Positions 33,126-42,217 of a DNA stretch of 64,000 bases are shown one piece after another. Positions within the stretch are counted from its first letter, which is position 1, and the number at the start of each line of letters is the position of its first letter. Source of the stretch: Acidimicrobiales bacterium (lineage in GTDB: Bacteria > Actinomycetota > Acidimicrobiia > Acidimicrobiales > Bog-793); assembly GCA_050015255.1 (NCBI GenBank), contig JBEKBT010000003.1:2593-66592 (forward strand), in the 5' to 3' direction. Made by a program: the position numbers and the translations under genes. The notes beneath the pieces are model-generated. The model searched no databases. It was not told the DNA's origin and saw nothing but the letters and a program-made list of their open reading frames with translations.

Positions 33126-34919
33126 TCAGCTTGTTTCGCGAGCGCCGGCCGTCTCACGCGCCAGCTCGAAGCGCGCCGGCGCGCCGACCGGCGCCTCTTG
33201 ATGCACGTAGCGCTTCCCACTCAGCCACGAGGCGAGCGCCGCCACCAGGCAAGCTCCGCTCGCAAAGTCGAATGCCCGGCGGAGCCCGTTCTCGAACGGG
33301 GCGGAGATCAGCGCCGGGAAGAAGCTCCGGCTCGTCAGCAACTGGGCGTGTGCAGCCGATATCTGATGGATCGACGGGCCGAGGAGGACACGGATCGGGT
33401 TGTCTCCGAGAAAGGCCGCGAACAGCAGCCCGACCGGGGGAAGATGCGAGATCCGGGCCGCGTCGGCCGGCGGCACGCCGGCGGAGATCAAGCCTGGGTA
33501 CAGGTGCGCCGGAAGCGACGCCGCCAGGCCGAGGATCATGAGGCTGAAGAACACCCCGATCGAGAGCACCATGGCCGAGTTCTGGAAGGTCGCCGCCATC
33601 CCGCTCCCGACGCCGCGCTGGCCGGGAGGAAGGCTGTTCATGACCTGGGCCCGGTTCGGCGACGCGAAGAGCCCCATCGACGCGCCGAGCGCCAGCAGCA
33701 GTACCGCGAATCCCAGATAGGAGAAGTCGACAGGAAGCACTTCCAAGAGGAGGAAGCTGAGCGCCGACAGCACCATGCCTGCGGTAGCGAAGGGCCTCGG
33801 CCCGAAGTGGTCCGAGAGGAAGCCGGAGACCGGCCCGGACACGAGAAAGCCGACCGTGAGCGGCACCATGTAGATCCCCGCCCACAGCGGCGTGGACGAG
33901 AAGCTGTAGCCGTGGAGAGGCAACCAGATCCCCTGCAGCCAGATGATGAGAATGAACATGAGCCCGCCGCGACCGAGGGACGCGAGCAGGCTGGCCAGGT
34001 TGCCGGCGGCAAACGCCTTGATCTGGAACAGCGGGAGATGGAACATCGGCTCGGCCACCCGCGTCTCGATGACGCAGAAGGCCGCGAGGACGGCGATGCC
34101 CCCGGCTAGCTCGGCCACGACGACCGGATTCGTCCAACCCATGGTGTCGTGGCCGTAGGGCTGGATGCCGTATGTGATCCCGACGAGCAACGAGATCACT
34201 CCGACAGCAAAGCTCACAGTCCCCCACCAGTCGATCCGAGCCGCCCGCTTCAGGCCCCGCTCCTCGAGCCTCAGGTAGGCCCATATCGTGCCGCCGACGC
34301 CGAAGGGAACCGAGACCAGGAACACAAGGCGCCAGTCGAGCGGACCGAGCAGGCCGCCCATCACGAGGCCGACGAAGGACCCTGATATCGCGGCCACGTT
34401 GTTGATCCCGAGCGCGAGGCCCCGCTGGCTCGCAGGGAAGGCGTCTGTCAGGATCGCCGCCGAGTTCGCCATGAGCATCGCCGCCCCGAGGCCTTGCACG
34501 ACTCTCATGCCGATCAGGTACAACGCCCCGGCAGCGCCGTACAGCCAGTCGACCGACAACAGCACCGAACCCAATGTGAACACGGCAAAGCCCAACTCGT
34601 ACATGCGGACCCTGCCGTAGATGTCCCCGATACGGCCGAACGCGACGACGAGCACGGCCGTCACGACCAGGAAGCCCATCAACATCCAGAGCAGATAGCC
34701 CACGTCGCCGGGAGCGAGAGGATCGACGCCGATCCCACGGAAGATGTCCGGGAGCGCGATCAAGGTGATGGACGAGTTGATGGTCGCCATCAGCATCCCG
34801 AGCGTCGTGTTCGAAAGGGCGATCCACTTGTAGTGGACCATCTTCGGGCTCGAAGTAGGCGCTGAGGGCAGGGTCGCGCCAGACTTGGCACCTGACCCGG
34901 CCCGCTGCAACAGTGCCAT
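33126..34919 (-). CDS. MFS transporter, 14-TMS DHA2 (EmrB/QacA-like) type
   Basis: ATG at 34919. WIALSNTTLGMLMATINSSITLIALPDIFRGIG, GRIGDIYGR, and many hydrophobic segments. Confidence 0.85.
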   Translation of the reverse strand: MALLQRAGSGAKSGATLPSAPTSSPKMVHYKWIALSNTTLGMLMATINSSITLIALPDIFRGIGVDPLAPGDVGYLLWMLMGFLVVTAVLVVAFGRIGDIYGRVRMYELGFAVFTLGSVLLSVDWLYGAAGALYLIGMRVVQGLGAAMLMANSAAILTDAFPASQRGLALGINNVAAISGSFVGLVMGGLLGPLDWRLVFLVSVPFGVGGTIWAYLRLEERGLKRAARIDWWGTVSFAVGVISLLVGITYGIQPYGHDTMGWTNPVVVAELAGGIAVLAAFCVIETRVAEPMFHLPLFQIKAFAAGNLASLLASLGRGGLMFILIIWLQGIWLPLHGYSFSSTPLWAGIYMVPLTVGFLVSGPVSGFLSDHFGPRPFATAGMVLSALSFLLLEVLPVDFSYLGFAVLLLALGASMGLFASPNRAQVMNSLPPGQRGVGSGMAATFQNSAMVLSIGVFFSLMILGLAASLPAHLYPGLISAGVPPADAARISHLPPVGLLFAAFLGDNPIRVLLGPSIHQISAAHAQLLTSRSFFPALISAPFENGLRRAFDFASGACLVAALASWLSGKRYVHQEAPVGAPARFELARETAGARETS

Positions 34920-35065
34920 CCACACACCTTTCCGGAAGCCGTCCCTCCCTCGCGACCAGAGCTTCCGGTGTGAACCGGGCACTGCGGAGTGGTGCGGCCC
35001 TCTAGAGAATCATCAGAAGGGGGCTTGTGCCGACCCAAGCTTAGGTCTTGGCCGTCCGGTGCCAT

Positions 35066-35530
35066 TCACCGACTCGGGCCGGGGCCCCGACCCTCGAACG
35101 AGGTCAGCTCGTCGCGCGCTACCGCTCGCTGTCGTCGGCCGGGGCGAAGCCCTGGCGCAACGTGTTCTCGGTCACGAACGGGCGGGCAGCACCGCGACCA
35201 CGGGGCCGAAGATCGAACTCGTCCGGACTGGGTGAGCCCCCAGGCGAGAGGGCCGGGAAGGACCTCTCCCCCGAAGTACTCCTCGACGTGGCGGTAGAGA
35301 TCCGCGTCGTCGGCCATCGCAGGCAATGCGTCCACGAAACGGAAGAGCTGGGTCCGAAGCGCAATGTTCCCCATGGCTCGCCGTATGAGCCACTCGGTCC
35401 CGGGCGTGATCCCGTAGGCCCGCGTCTTCGTGCCACTCCCGAGCTCCGCGATGCGGGCGACAAGCTCGCGCACCTCGGCTTCCGGCGGGGAGACGCCCGG
35501 GCCCTGGTCCTTCGGACGATGCCTTGGCAC
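35066..35530 (-). pseudogene. stub of a PutA-type proline dehydrogenase/P5C dehydrogenase gene (about the first 105 codons, then a frame change)
   Basis: ...NIALRTQLFRFVDALPAMADDADLYRHVEEYF matches my recollection of the N-terminal arm of long PutA-like enzymes. The continuation ARPFVTENTLRQGF appears in another frame (ORF 35119..35571). About 900 further codons would be expected and are absent. Confidence 0.4.
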
Positions 35531-35693
35531 GTGGTTCGAGGCCAGCCGCCGTCCGTAGTGCGGGCGGCCACCCGCAGGCGGCTAGCTCATCGTGCTGCTA
35601 GCTGATCGTGCGGCTGAACGGGAGACATGCCAGCGTCCCGGCTCTTGGCGTGCAGCCTCGGTACTCCGGGTCCTCCGGGGCACCTCGCCTCAG

Positions 35694-36380
35694 CTATACG
35701 TGCAGCCCGCATTCGGTCTTGGCGGTGCCCGCCCACCGGCCCTCGCGGGGGTGCCGGCCCTCCGGCACAGGGACGGTCGTGGGAGCGCATCCGATCGAGA
35801 CGTAGCCGAGGTAGTTGAGCGGGTGGCGAGGCAGGTCATGGGCCGCGACGTACGCGTCCACGTCGTCGTCGTCCCAGGCGGCGACCGGGTTCACCTTCAC
35901 CATCTTGCGTCTCGGGTCCCACGCGATCACCGGCGCCGTGGCCCGCTCCGGGGTGTCGACCCGCTTGAGGCCCGTGATCCAGGCGCTACGGCCCTGCAGC
36001 GCCTTGGCCAAAGGAGCCACCTTGCGCAGCTCGCAGCAGCGGCTCGAGCCACACGGGAACTCGTCCGGTGATATCTCGGGATGGGTGACGACGAGGTTGA
36101 GGTCGTAGCGGCGGCGAAGGCGCTCGACGTAGGCGAGAGTCTCGGGGAAGTGGAACCCGGTGTCGAGGAAGATCACCTCGATGGCAGGGTCGACACGAAC
36201 GGCCATGTCGAGCAGCGCTGCGTCCTGGAACGAAGCCGCCAGGGCCACGCGCCCAGGGAACCGGTTCACGGTCCACTCGACGATCTCGACCGGATCCGCC
36301 TCGTCGAGGCGCGTTGAGGCCTCCTCGAGCTCCGCGAGCAGTTCCACTGACGGCTCGTAGTCCTCGGACTCGACCTCCAT
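35694..36380 (-). CDS. cysH: phosphoadenosine/adenosine phosphosulfate reductase
   Basis: ATG at 36380 preceded by GGAGGA. Motifs: FLDTGFHFPET, CCELRKVAPL and C-terminal ECGLHV. Confidence 0.85.
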   Translation of the reverse strand: MEVESEDYEPSVELLAELEEASTRLDEADPVEIVEWTVNRFPGRVALAASFQDAALLDMAVRVDPAIEVIFLDTGFHFPETLAYVERLRRRYDLNLVVTHPEISPDEFPCGSSRCCELRKVAPLAKALQGRSAWITGLKRVDTPERATAPVIAWDPRRKMVKVNPVAAWDDDDVDAYVAAHDLPRHPLNYLGYVSIGCAPTTVPVPEGRHPREGRWAGTAKTECGLHV

Positions 36381-36568
36381 GTTCCTCCGTCTTGGTCTGT
36401 CGGGCGCGACAAAATCACGATCCGTCACCAAACTTATCGCCTCCCCGGTATGTGGCGATGACACCCGTACTGAGCAGGGCAGCAATATAGCGAAAATGTG
36501 ACGTTCGGCCCTTCCAGCACAAAGAAGAAGCGAGTTACCTAGACCAAACCGAGTGAAATGAGGACCAT

Positions 36569-38281
36569 ATGTCGAGCCCGGGCCGGTCCGGTTGGGTTGA
36601 CCTGCCAGAGGAGTTGATGTCGGCGCGCAGTCGTGAGCTGCTCGACTGCGCCGCAATCAACAAGGACACCGCCTTCGGTGAGAACGAGCGCACGGCACTC
36701 GGGCTTCGGGGCCTCTTGCCGTGGAGGATAACGACCATCGAGGAGCAGGTCGCCCTCGAGCTCGAGCATCTCCGCCGGAAGGCCGATGACCTCGAGAAGT
36801 ACATCGGTCTCGCCGCTCTGCAGAACAGAAACGAGACTTTGTTCTACCGCATGCTCGTCGATCATCTCGAGGAGCTCGCCCCTATCATCTATACGCCGAC
36901 GGTAGGGCGTGCCTGCCGGGAGTACAGCCACGTCTTCCGCCGGCCGCGCGGAGTGTGGATCACCCCGGACGATATCGAGCGCATCCCGGAGCTTCTCGGC
37001 AACGCCGGACAACCCGGCGTGCGGCTGATAGTTGTCACGGACAACGAGCGCATCCTCGGCCTCGGCGACCAGGGAGCCGGAGGCATGGGCATTCCCGTCG
37101 GCAAGCTGGCGCTCTACGTCGCGGGGGCCGGTCTCCATCCACTGCTGACCCTGCCGGTTTCGCTCGACTGCGGGACGGACAACGAGGAGCTGCTGCGGGA
37201 CCCTCTTTACCTCGGCTATCCCGAGCGCCGGCTGCGCGGCGAGGCGTACGACGCCTTCGTCGACGCCTTCGTCGACGCGGTCAAACAGGTGTACCCCGAC
37301 GCCCTCATCCAGTGGGAGGACTTCAAGCAGCACAACGCGATCCGGCTGCTCGACCACTACCGCCACCGGATCCCGTGCTTCAACGACGACATCCAGGGAA
37401 CCGCCAGCGTCGTCAGCGGAGGCATCCTCGCGGCACTTCGATACCGAGGCGAGAAGCTCTCGGCCCAACGCCTGGTGCTGCTTGGAGCCGGTGCCGCGGG
37501 CATCGGCATCGCCCGACTGGTCCAGTCCATCATGCGCGCAGAAGGAGCCACCGAGCAGGAGGCTCGGCGGGCGGTGGTGATGCTCGACTCACAGGGTCTG
37601 CTTTTCGAGGGGCGTGACGCAGTGCAGGACGACAAGCGTCCCTTCGCCCTCACCAGTGACGACCTCAGCCAGTTCGGTTTCGAGGCGGGCGACAGGTACG
37701 ACCTCGAGACAGTCGTCCGCCATGTCGCTCCGACGATCCTGATCGGGACCAGCGGCAAGCCCGGCGCCTTCGCCGAGGCGGCGGTGCGCGAGATGGCTGC
37801 CCGAACGCCGAGGCCGATCATTCTCCCGTTGTCCAACCCGACGGCAAATTCCGAGGCCACGCCCGCCGATGTGCTCGCTTGGACTGACGGCCGCGCCATC
37901 GTGGCGACCGGGAGCCCATTCGACCCCGTCGAGCTCGGTGGGCGCACACATGTCATCGGACAGGCGAACAACGTCTTTGTGTTCCCGGGTGTGGGACTCG
38001 GCGCGGTCGCCAGCCGAGCCTGGGAGGTGACCGACCGCATGTTCCTCGTGGCGGCCACGACGCTAGCGGCCATGGTCCCTGCGGAGCGGATCGAGCAGGG
38101 AGCGATCTATCCGCGTCTCACCGACCTGCGGTCGATCTCGAGAGCGATCGCCGTCGCCATCGCCCGCGAGGCCCGGGCCGGGAGGGTGGCTCCGATGGCG
38201 AACGACGCCGAGATCGAGGCAGCAGTCGATGCCTGTGTCTGGTCGCCCGAGTACGACTCGTTCGACCCGAAAGTGCAGTAG
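36569..38281 (+). CDS. NAD(P)-dependent malic enzyme (large form)
   Basis: 570 aa. NKDTAFGENER, LQNRNETLFY, IYTPTVG, FNDDIQGTA and LGAGAAGIG. Confidence 0.9.
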   Translation: MSSPGRSGWVDLPEELMSARSRELLDCAAINKDTAFGENERTALGLRGLLPWRITTIEEQVALELEHLRRKADDLEKYIGLAALQNRNETLFYRMLVDHLEELAPIIYTPTVGRACREYSHVFRRPRGVWITPDDIERIPELLGNAGQPGVRLIVVTDNERILGLGDQGAGGMGIPVGKLALYVAGAGLHPLLTLPVSLDCGTDNEELLRDPLYLGYPERRLRGEAYDAFVDAFVDAVKQVYPDALIQWEDFKQHNAIRLLDHYRHRIPCFNDDIQGTASVVSGGILAALRYRGEKLSAQRLVLLGAGAAGIGIARLVQSIMRAEGATEQEARRAVVMLDSQGLLFEGRDAVQDDKRPFALTSDDLSQFGFEAGDRYDLETVVRHVAPTILIGTSGKPGAFAEAAVREMAARTPRPIILPLSNPTANSEATPADVLAWTDGRAIVATGSPFDPVELGGRTHVIGQANNVFVFPGVGLGAVASRAWEVTDRMFLVAATTLAAMVPAERIEQGAIYPRLTDLRSISRAIAVAIAREARAGRVAPMANDAEIEAAVDACVWSPEYDSFDPKVQ

Positions 38282-38295
38282 GGCGCGCCAGCCGA

Positions 38296-39285
38296 GTGAG
38301 CAATGGCCCACAGGTGGCCGTTGTCGTAGGCACCGGCGTCATCGGGACTATCTATGCTGCCGTCCTGGGTGAGCAGGGCTGGGGCGTGCGCCATCTCGTG
38401 AGGCAGGGCACCTCGAGGGCCAGACCGAAGTCGGTGGATGTCGATCTGCTCGACCTTCGCAAGGGCCACAAGCGCCATCGCAGGTGGAACCACGAGTTCT
38501 GCCTGACCGAGACGTTCCCCGCCGATGCGGAGTTCGTGCTGGTCCCTGTTCGGCTCTACCAGCTGGACGGCGTCTTGAAGGACCTCGCCGCGATGCCCGA
38601 GAAGGTGACCGCGGTGATCTTCACGACGAACTGGGCCGGCCTGAGCCCTCTCGATGAGGCACTACCGGCGGGCAACTACATCCTGGCCGATGCCATCGGC
38701 GGCGGCGCAATAACTGGCAACAAACTGACTGCCACGATCAAGCCCTTACTGCCCCTTGGTGCTGTCCACCCCGACGCTGAGACCCGGGCCGAGTCCATGA
38801 GGAATGTCTTCACGGTGGCAGGCTTGGCGCCAAAGCACGAGCAAGACATACTGCATTGGCATTGGATTCAATACGCCCTCAATGCCGCTATGTGGCCGGC
38901 ACTTGTGGAAGCCGGCACCGTCCGGGCCCTCGTCAAGGACAACGCACAATTCCAACGAATGCTGGCGACGGTCCGTGAGGCGCTGCGCGTATGTGAAGCC
39001 CGGGGTGTGCTTGTCAGAGAATACCCAGAGGCTCGCGTGTTCCTCAACGAGGGATCTGGCGTCACTGGCCGCGTCCGAAGCTGGATTATGCGTGAGGTAT
39101 ACGGGACGGCGGTCGTGCATAGTGACTATCACCGGCGCTGCATGCTTCATGCCCTGTCGGACCCCGCCGAGATAGCAACGGCTTACGGTGCCGTGCTCGC
39201 GACGGGCCACGAGCTCGGTTGCCAGATGACGGCGTTCGACAGCTTCAAGGACTCGATCACCAGGTTCCGACAAGCGCGGCGCTGA
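38296..39285 (+). CDS. ketopantoate reductase (ApbA/PanE)-family oxidoreductase-like protein
   Basis: GTG start. VAVVVGTGVIGTIYAAVL Rossmann motif and a C-terminal helical domain. GC is visibly lower in its 3' half. The family assignment is moderate. Confidence 0.6.
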   Translation: MSNGPQVAVVVGTGVIGTIYAAVLGEQGWGVRHLVRQGTSRARPKSVDVDLLDLRKGHKRHRRWNHEFCLTETFPADAEFVLVPVRLYQLDGVLKDLAAMPEKVTAVIFTTNWAGLSPLDEALPAGNYILADAIGGGAITGNKLTATIKPLLPLGAVHPDAETRAESMRNVFTVAGLAPKHEQDILHWHWIQYALNAAMWPALVEAGTVRALVKDNAQFQRMLATVREALRVCEARGVLVREYPEARVFLNEGSGVTGRVRSWIMREVYGTAVVHSDYHRRCMLHALSDPAEIATAYGAVLATGHELGCQMTAFDSFKDSITRFRQARR

Positions 39286-39324
39286 GGGTCGGGTCCGAGT
39301 GCACTTTCAGCGTCGGACGCTTGT

Positions 39325-39492
39325 TCAGTCGTTCTGGTCGAGGGTGAGCCCGCGGCGTTCGATCTCCTCGACCACCGGCTGAGGGATCGGCCGACACCCG
39401 CAGACCTCGGCGTGCTCGAGGTGCCAGCGGACACGATCCTCGAGGGAAGCCCCGGTTCCCAAGCGATGCCGCTGGTGCCACTCCCGGTTCAT
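39325..39492 (-). CDS. small conserved Cys/His protein (55 aa)
   Basis: ATG at 39492. MNREWHQRHRLGTGASLEDRVRWHLEHAEVCGCRPIP resembles a small actinobacterial family I recall (xEWHxxH...WHxxHxxxCxCRPxP). Confidence 0.5.
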   Translation of the reverse strand: MNREWHQRHRLGTGASLEDRVRWHLEHAEVCGCRPIPQPVVEEIERRGLTLDQND

Positions 39493-39731
39493 ACGGACCA
39501 AGCTACCGCCGGCCGCGTTCACCGTCGACAAGCCCGAGACTGCCACCCGTCGGGAGGGCCGCCTGACCCGCCCCGACGTTGCCACCGGTTGAGCGCGTTG
39601 CCGCGCGCCCTGATAACGCGTCGCGGTCCTGGCATCCTTGCGGCGGGGGACGAAAACGTGGCTTTCGTGCCGTAAAGGTCGGTGGCGGCGTAAGGAGTAA
39701 ACGACTGGTGGATGAAAAAGGAGGGGGAGCT

Positions 39732-40100
39732 ATGGGAGATAGGGAGATCCCGGTCGAAACATTCGACGCTCTGTTGCGCGACCTCGTCACGTGGGACCTC
39801 GTGGTCCCAGTCGCAGGAGACGAGGCGCGGGCGTGGCATCTAGTCCCGCGGGCTCAACAGCGCCTGGCGGAGCTGACCATTGCCCGAGGACCGTGGCCCG
39901 CCGAGCGTACGGCCTACCTGGGCCGGCGATGTGCCAACTGCGGCCGCAGAGAGCTGACCTGGATGCGATTCGGTACTTATGTCTGCGATCCGTGCTGGCA
40001 GCAGCGTCTCGCCCGCACGCAAGACGACGAGCCCGCAAAGGCGGCCCCGGCGGGACGAGGCCCTCGCTGGGCCCGCCGTCATCGAGAACGAATCGCCTGA
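39732..40100 (+). CDS. hypothetical protein with a CxxC...CxxC zinc-ribbon and a basic tail (122 aa)
   Basis: ATG at 39732 preceded by AAAGGAGGGGGAG. CANCGRRELTWMRFGTYVCDPCW. Confidence 0.5.
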   Translation: MGDREIPVETFDALLRDLVTWDLVVPVAGDEARAWHLVPRAQQRLAELTIARGPWPAERTAYLGRRCANCGRRELTWMRFGTYVCDPCWQQRLARTQDDEPAKAAPAGRGPRWARRHRERIA

Positions 40101-40110
40101 GCGACGCCGG

Positions 40111-40545
40111 TCACTCCTCCAGCGCTCCGGTCGGGCTGGTCACCCCGTTGTACTGCGGCACGGTCCTGTGGTAGTCGCCGTCGAACAAAGGCGACGTGAT
40201 CAGGAAGTCGGCCGTTGCGCGGTTGCACGCGGCCGGAATGTTCCACACGACCGCAATGCGGAGGAGTGCCTTCACGTCGGGGTCATGCGGCTGCGGCTCG
40301 AGCGGATCCCAGAAGAAGAGCAGCAGGTCGATCTCGCCTTCGGCGATCTTGGCCCCGAGCTGGAGGTCGCCACCGAGCGGGCCACTGTGCAAGCGATGTA
40401 TCGGGAGCCCGATCTCGGCTTCGAGCACCGCACCGGTAGAGCTGGTGGCGATGAGCTCGTGGTGCGAGAGGAGCTCTCTATTGGCACGTGCCCACTCGAC
40501 CAGATCCCACTTCTTGTTGTCATGGGCGACGAGGGCGATCCGCAT
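40111..40545 (-). CDS. mgsA: methylglyoxal synthase
   Basis: ATG at 40545. [12 protein letters not shown]...ATSSTG...[12 protein letters not shown]...LLFFWDPL...[11 protein letters not shown] is the canonical MgsA series. Confidence 0.85.
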   Translation of the reverse strand: MRIALVAHDNKKWDLVEWARANRELLSHHELIATSSTGAVLEAEIGLPIHRLHSGPLGGDLQLGAKIAEGEIDLLLFFWDPLEPQPHDPDVKALLRIAVVWNIPAACNRATADFLITSPLFDGDYHRTVPQYNGVTSPTGALEE

Positions 40546-41182
40546 CGGAGCCGCCGAAGATGGTCGTGATCGTCTTGTCGGATAAGCGGTAACGGAAGGA
40601 TCGGTCACGTCACTGTTCTAGCAAGGAAAGACGCTCTTCCACGCCGGTTCTCCTTCTCTTGCGGTTAATTGCATGTAAATCCACGCGGAGGTCTTCGTGG
40701 AAGACCAGCCCCGGCCCCCCGCCGTCCTGCTGCCTCACGAGAAGGTCGCCTTCGAGCTGCGCTCGTACGAGACGGCCGGCCCCCGTCACCGGGTTGCGCC
40801 GCCTCGAGTCGGTCCCGCCCCGAAGTCTCGCCGTCGTGCCCACGTCACCGCCCATGGCTGGCGCAGAGAGTGCGACCCTGGCCGCGAGGTCGTAGTCTCT
40901 CGGCGGGCGGAGGGGTGAGAGATGCGCTGCATGGCACGTGGAGTCGAGAGTCGCCCACGGGCAATCTCTGGCTACCTCACACTCGCCTGCTCAACTACCC
41001 AAGACTTCGCGACGGCGAGCGTAACAGCGTCGCAAGAATATGGAGGAAGTTTCGTCTTATGTTGTCATCGTCGCTGCCGAGGACGACAACACTTTGAATC
41101 TCCCGCAGCCCATAATTAGCTCCGTAGCCGGCCGACTGCAGGTCCCGATGGGGACATTGGAAACACCCATCGGAGCGACGGG

Positions 41183-42217
41183 GTGACGCTGCCAACCGCA
41201 ACCTCTCACGGCCTCCCCGGAGAGTCCGTGATTCGCCGGCGCCAGGGGCCCGCGACCCGTCGCCTCAGGCTCGCGTTCGTCGCGGGCACGCTCGTGCTCG
41301 GTGTCGCCGGCACCGCCGGCATCGTGCAGTACGCGCGGACCTACTGGCTCTACCGCGGCTTCAGCGCGCCGCGCAACCCGGCCACGGTTGTCAGCCGCGG
41401 GGGCAAGCGCGTCGAGCGGGTCAAGGTGGGTCGAGGCACACAGGAGGTGATCTACGTTCGAAGTGCGGCCATCGGCAACCGGAGCGAGGCCGTCTACGTG
41501 TACTTGCCGCCGGGCTACTTCCACCACCCGAAAGAGCGGTACCCCGTCTACTACGCGCTGCACGGCAGCCCCGGCGAGGCGATCGACTTCGACCGGGTCC
41601 TCGACATGGGGGTGGCCGAGGACGTCCTGATCGCCGAGCACAAGATCCGCCCGATGATCATCGTCAGCCCGACCGGGGCTCCGTCGCCCTTTGCCGACGA
41701 CGAGTGGGCGAACGGGGTGCGACGCGGGCAGGACTGGGCGACCTACGTCTCGCGTGACGTCGTCAGGGCGATCGACCGTCGCTTCCGGACGATCCGGAAA
41801 GGGTCGGACCGTGCGATCGCCGGTCTCTCCGAAGGTGGCTACGGAGCACTCAACATCGCCATCCACAACCCTGGTGAGTTCCGTGTCGTCGAGAGCTGGT
41901 CCGGCTACATGCTGGCTGACAAGGTGACCGCCGTGTGGGGGGCCCATCCCTCGGCGTCCTTGCTCGCCTACAACAGTCCTCTGCTGCAGGTGAGGCACGT
42001 CGCTCGCGAGTTGCGACGTGACCAGTCGTACTTCTGGTTCTACTGCGGCAGCGGTGACACGCTCGCCACACAGAACGTCCTTTTCGCCAGAGCGCTCCAC
42101 AAACTGGCGATCCCTCACAAGTTCCAGGTCCGCCCCGGAGGCCATTCGTGGAAGTTGTGGCGTCCGATGGTCAACAGTGCGCTCATCGTCGCATCGGAGC
42201 ACTTCGCCGGTGGCTGA
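41183..42217 (+). CDS. membrane-anchored or secreted esterase-family alpha/beta hydrolase (esterase D / PF00756-like)
   Basis: GTG start. N-terminal TM/signal segment (LRLAFVAGTLVLGVAGTAG), YVYLPPGY...YPVYYALHG, and nucleophile elbow GLSEGGYGAL. Confidence 0.7.
   Translation: MTLPTATSHGLPGESVIRRRQGPATRRLRLAFVAGTLVLGVAGTAGIVQYARTYWLYRGFSAPRNPATVVSRGGKRVERVKVGRGTQEVIYVRSAAIGNRSEAVYVYLPPGYFHHPKERYPVYYALHGSPGEAIDFDRVLDMGVAEDVLIAEHKIRPMIIVSPTGAPSPFADDEWANGVRRGQDWATYVSRDVVRAIDRRFRTIRKGSDRAIAGLSEGGYGALNIAIHNPGEFRVVESWSGYMLADKVTAVWGAHPSASLLAYNSPLLQVRHVARELRRDQSYFWFYCGSGDTLATQNVLFARALHKLAIPHKFQVRPGGHSWKLWRPMVNSALIVASEHFAGG

Noticed and set aside
42018-42209. Upstream extension of the MprF-like ORF (ATG at 42018)
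   Set aside because: It would overlap the esterase gene by 200 nt in a Ser/Arg-rich frame. The GTG at 42210, next to the esterase stop, fits operon coupling better.
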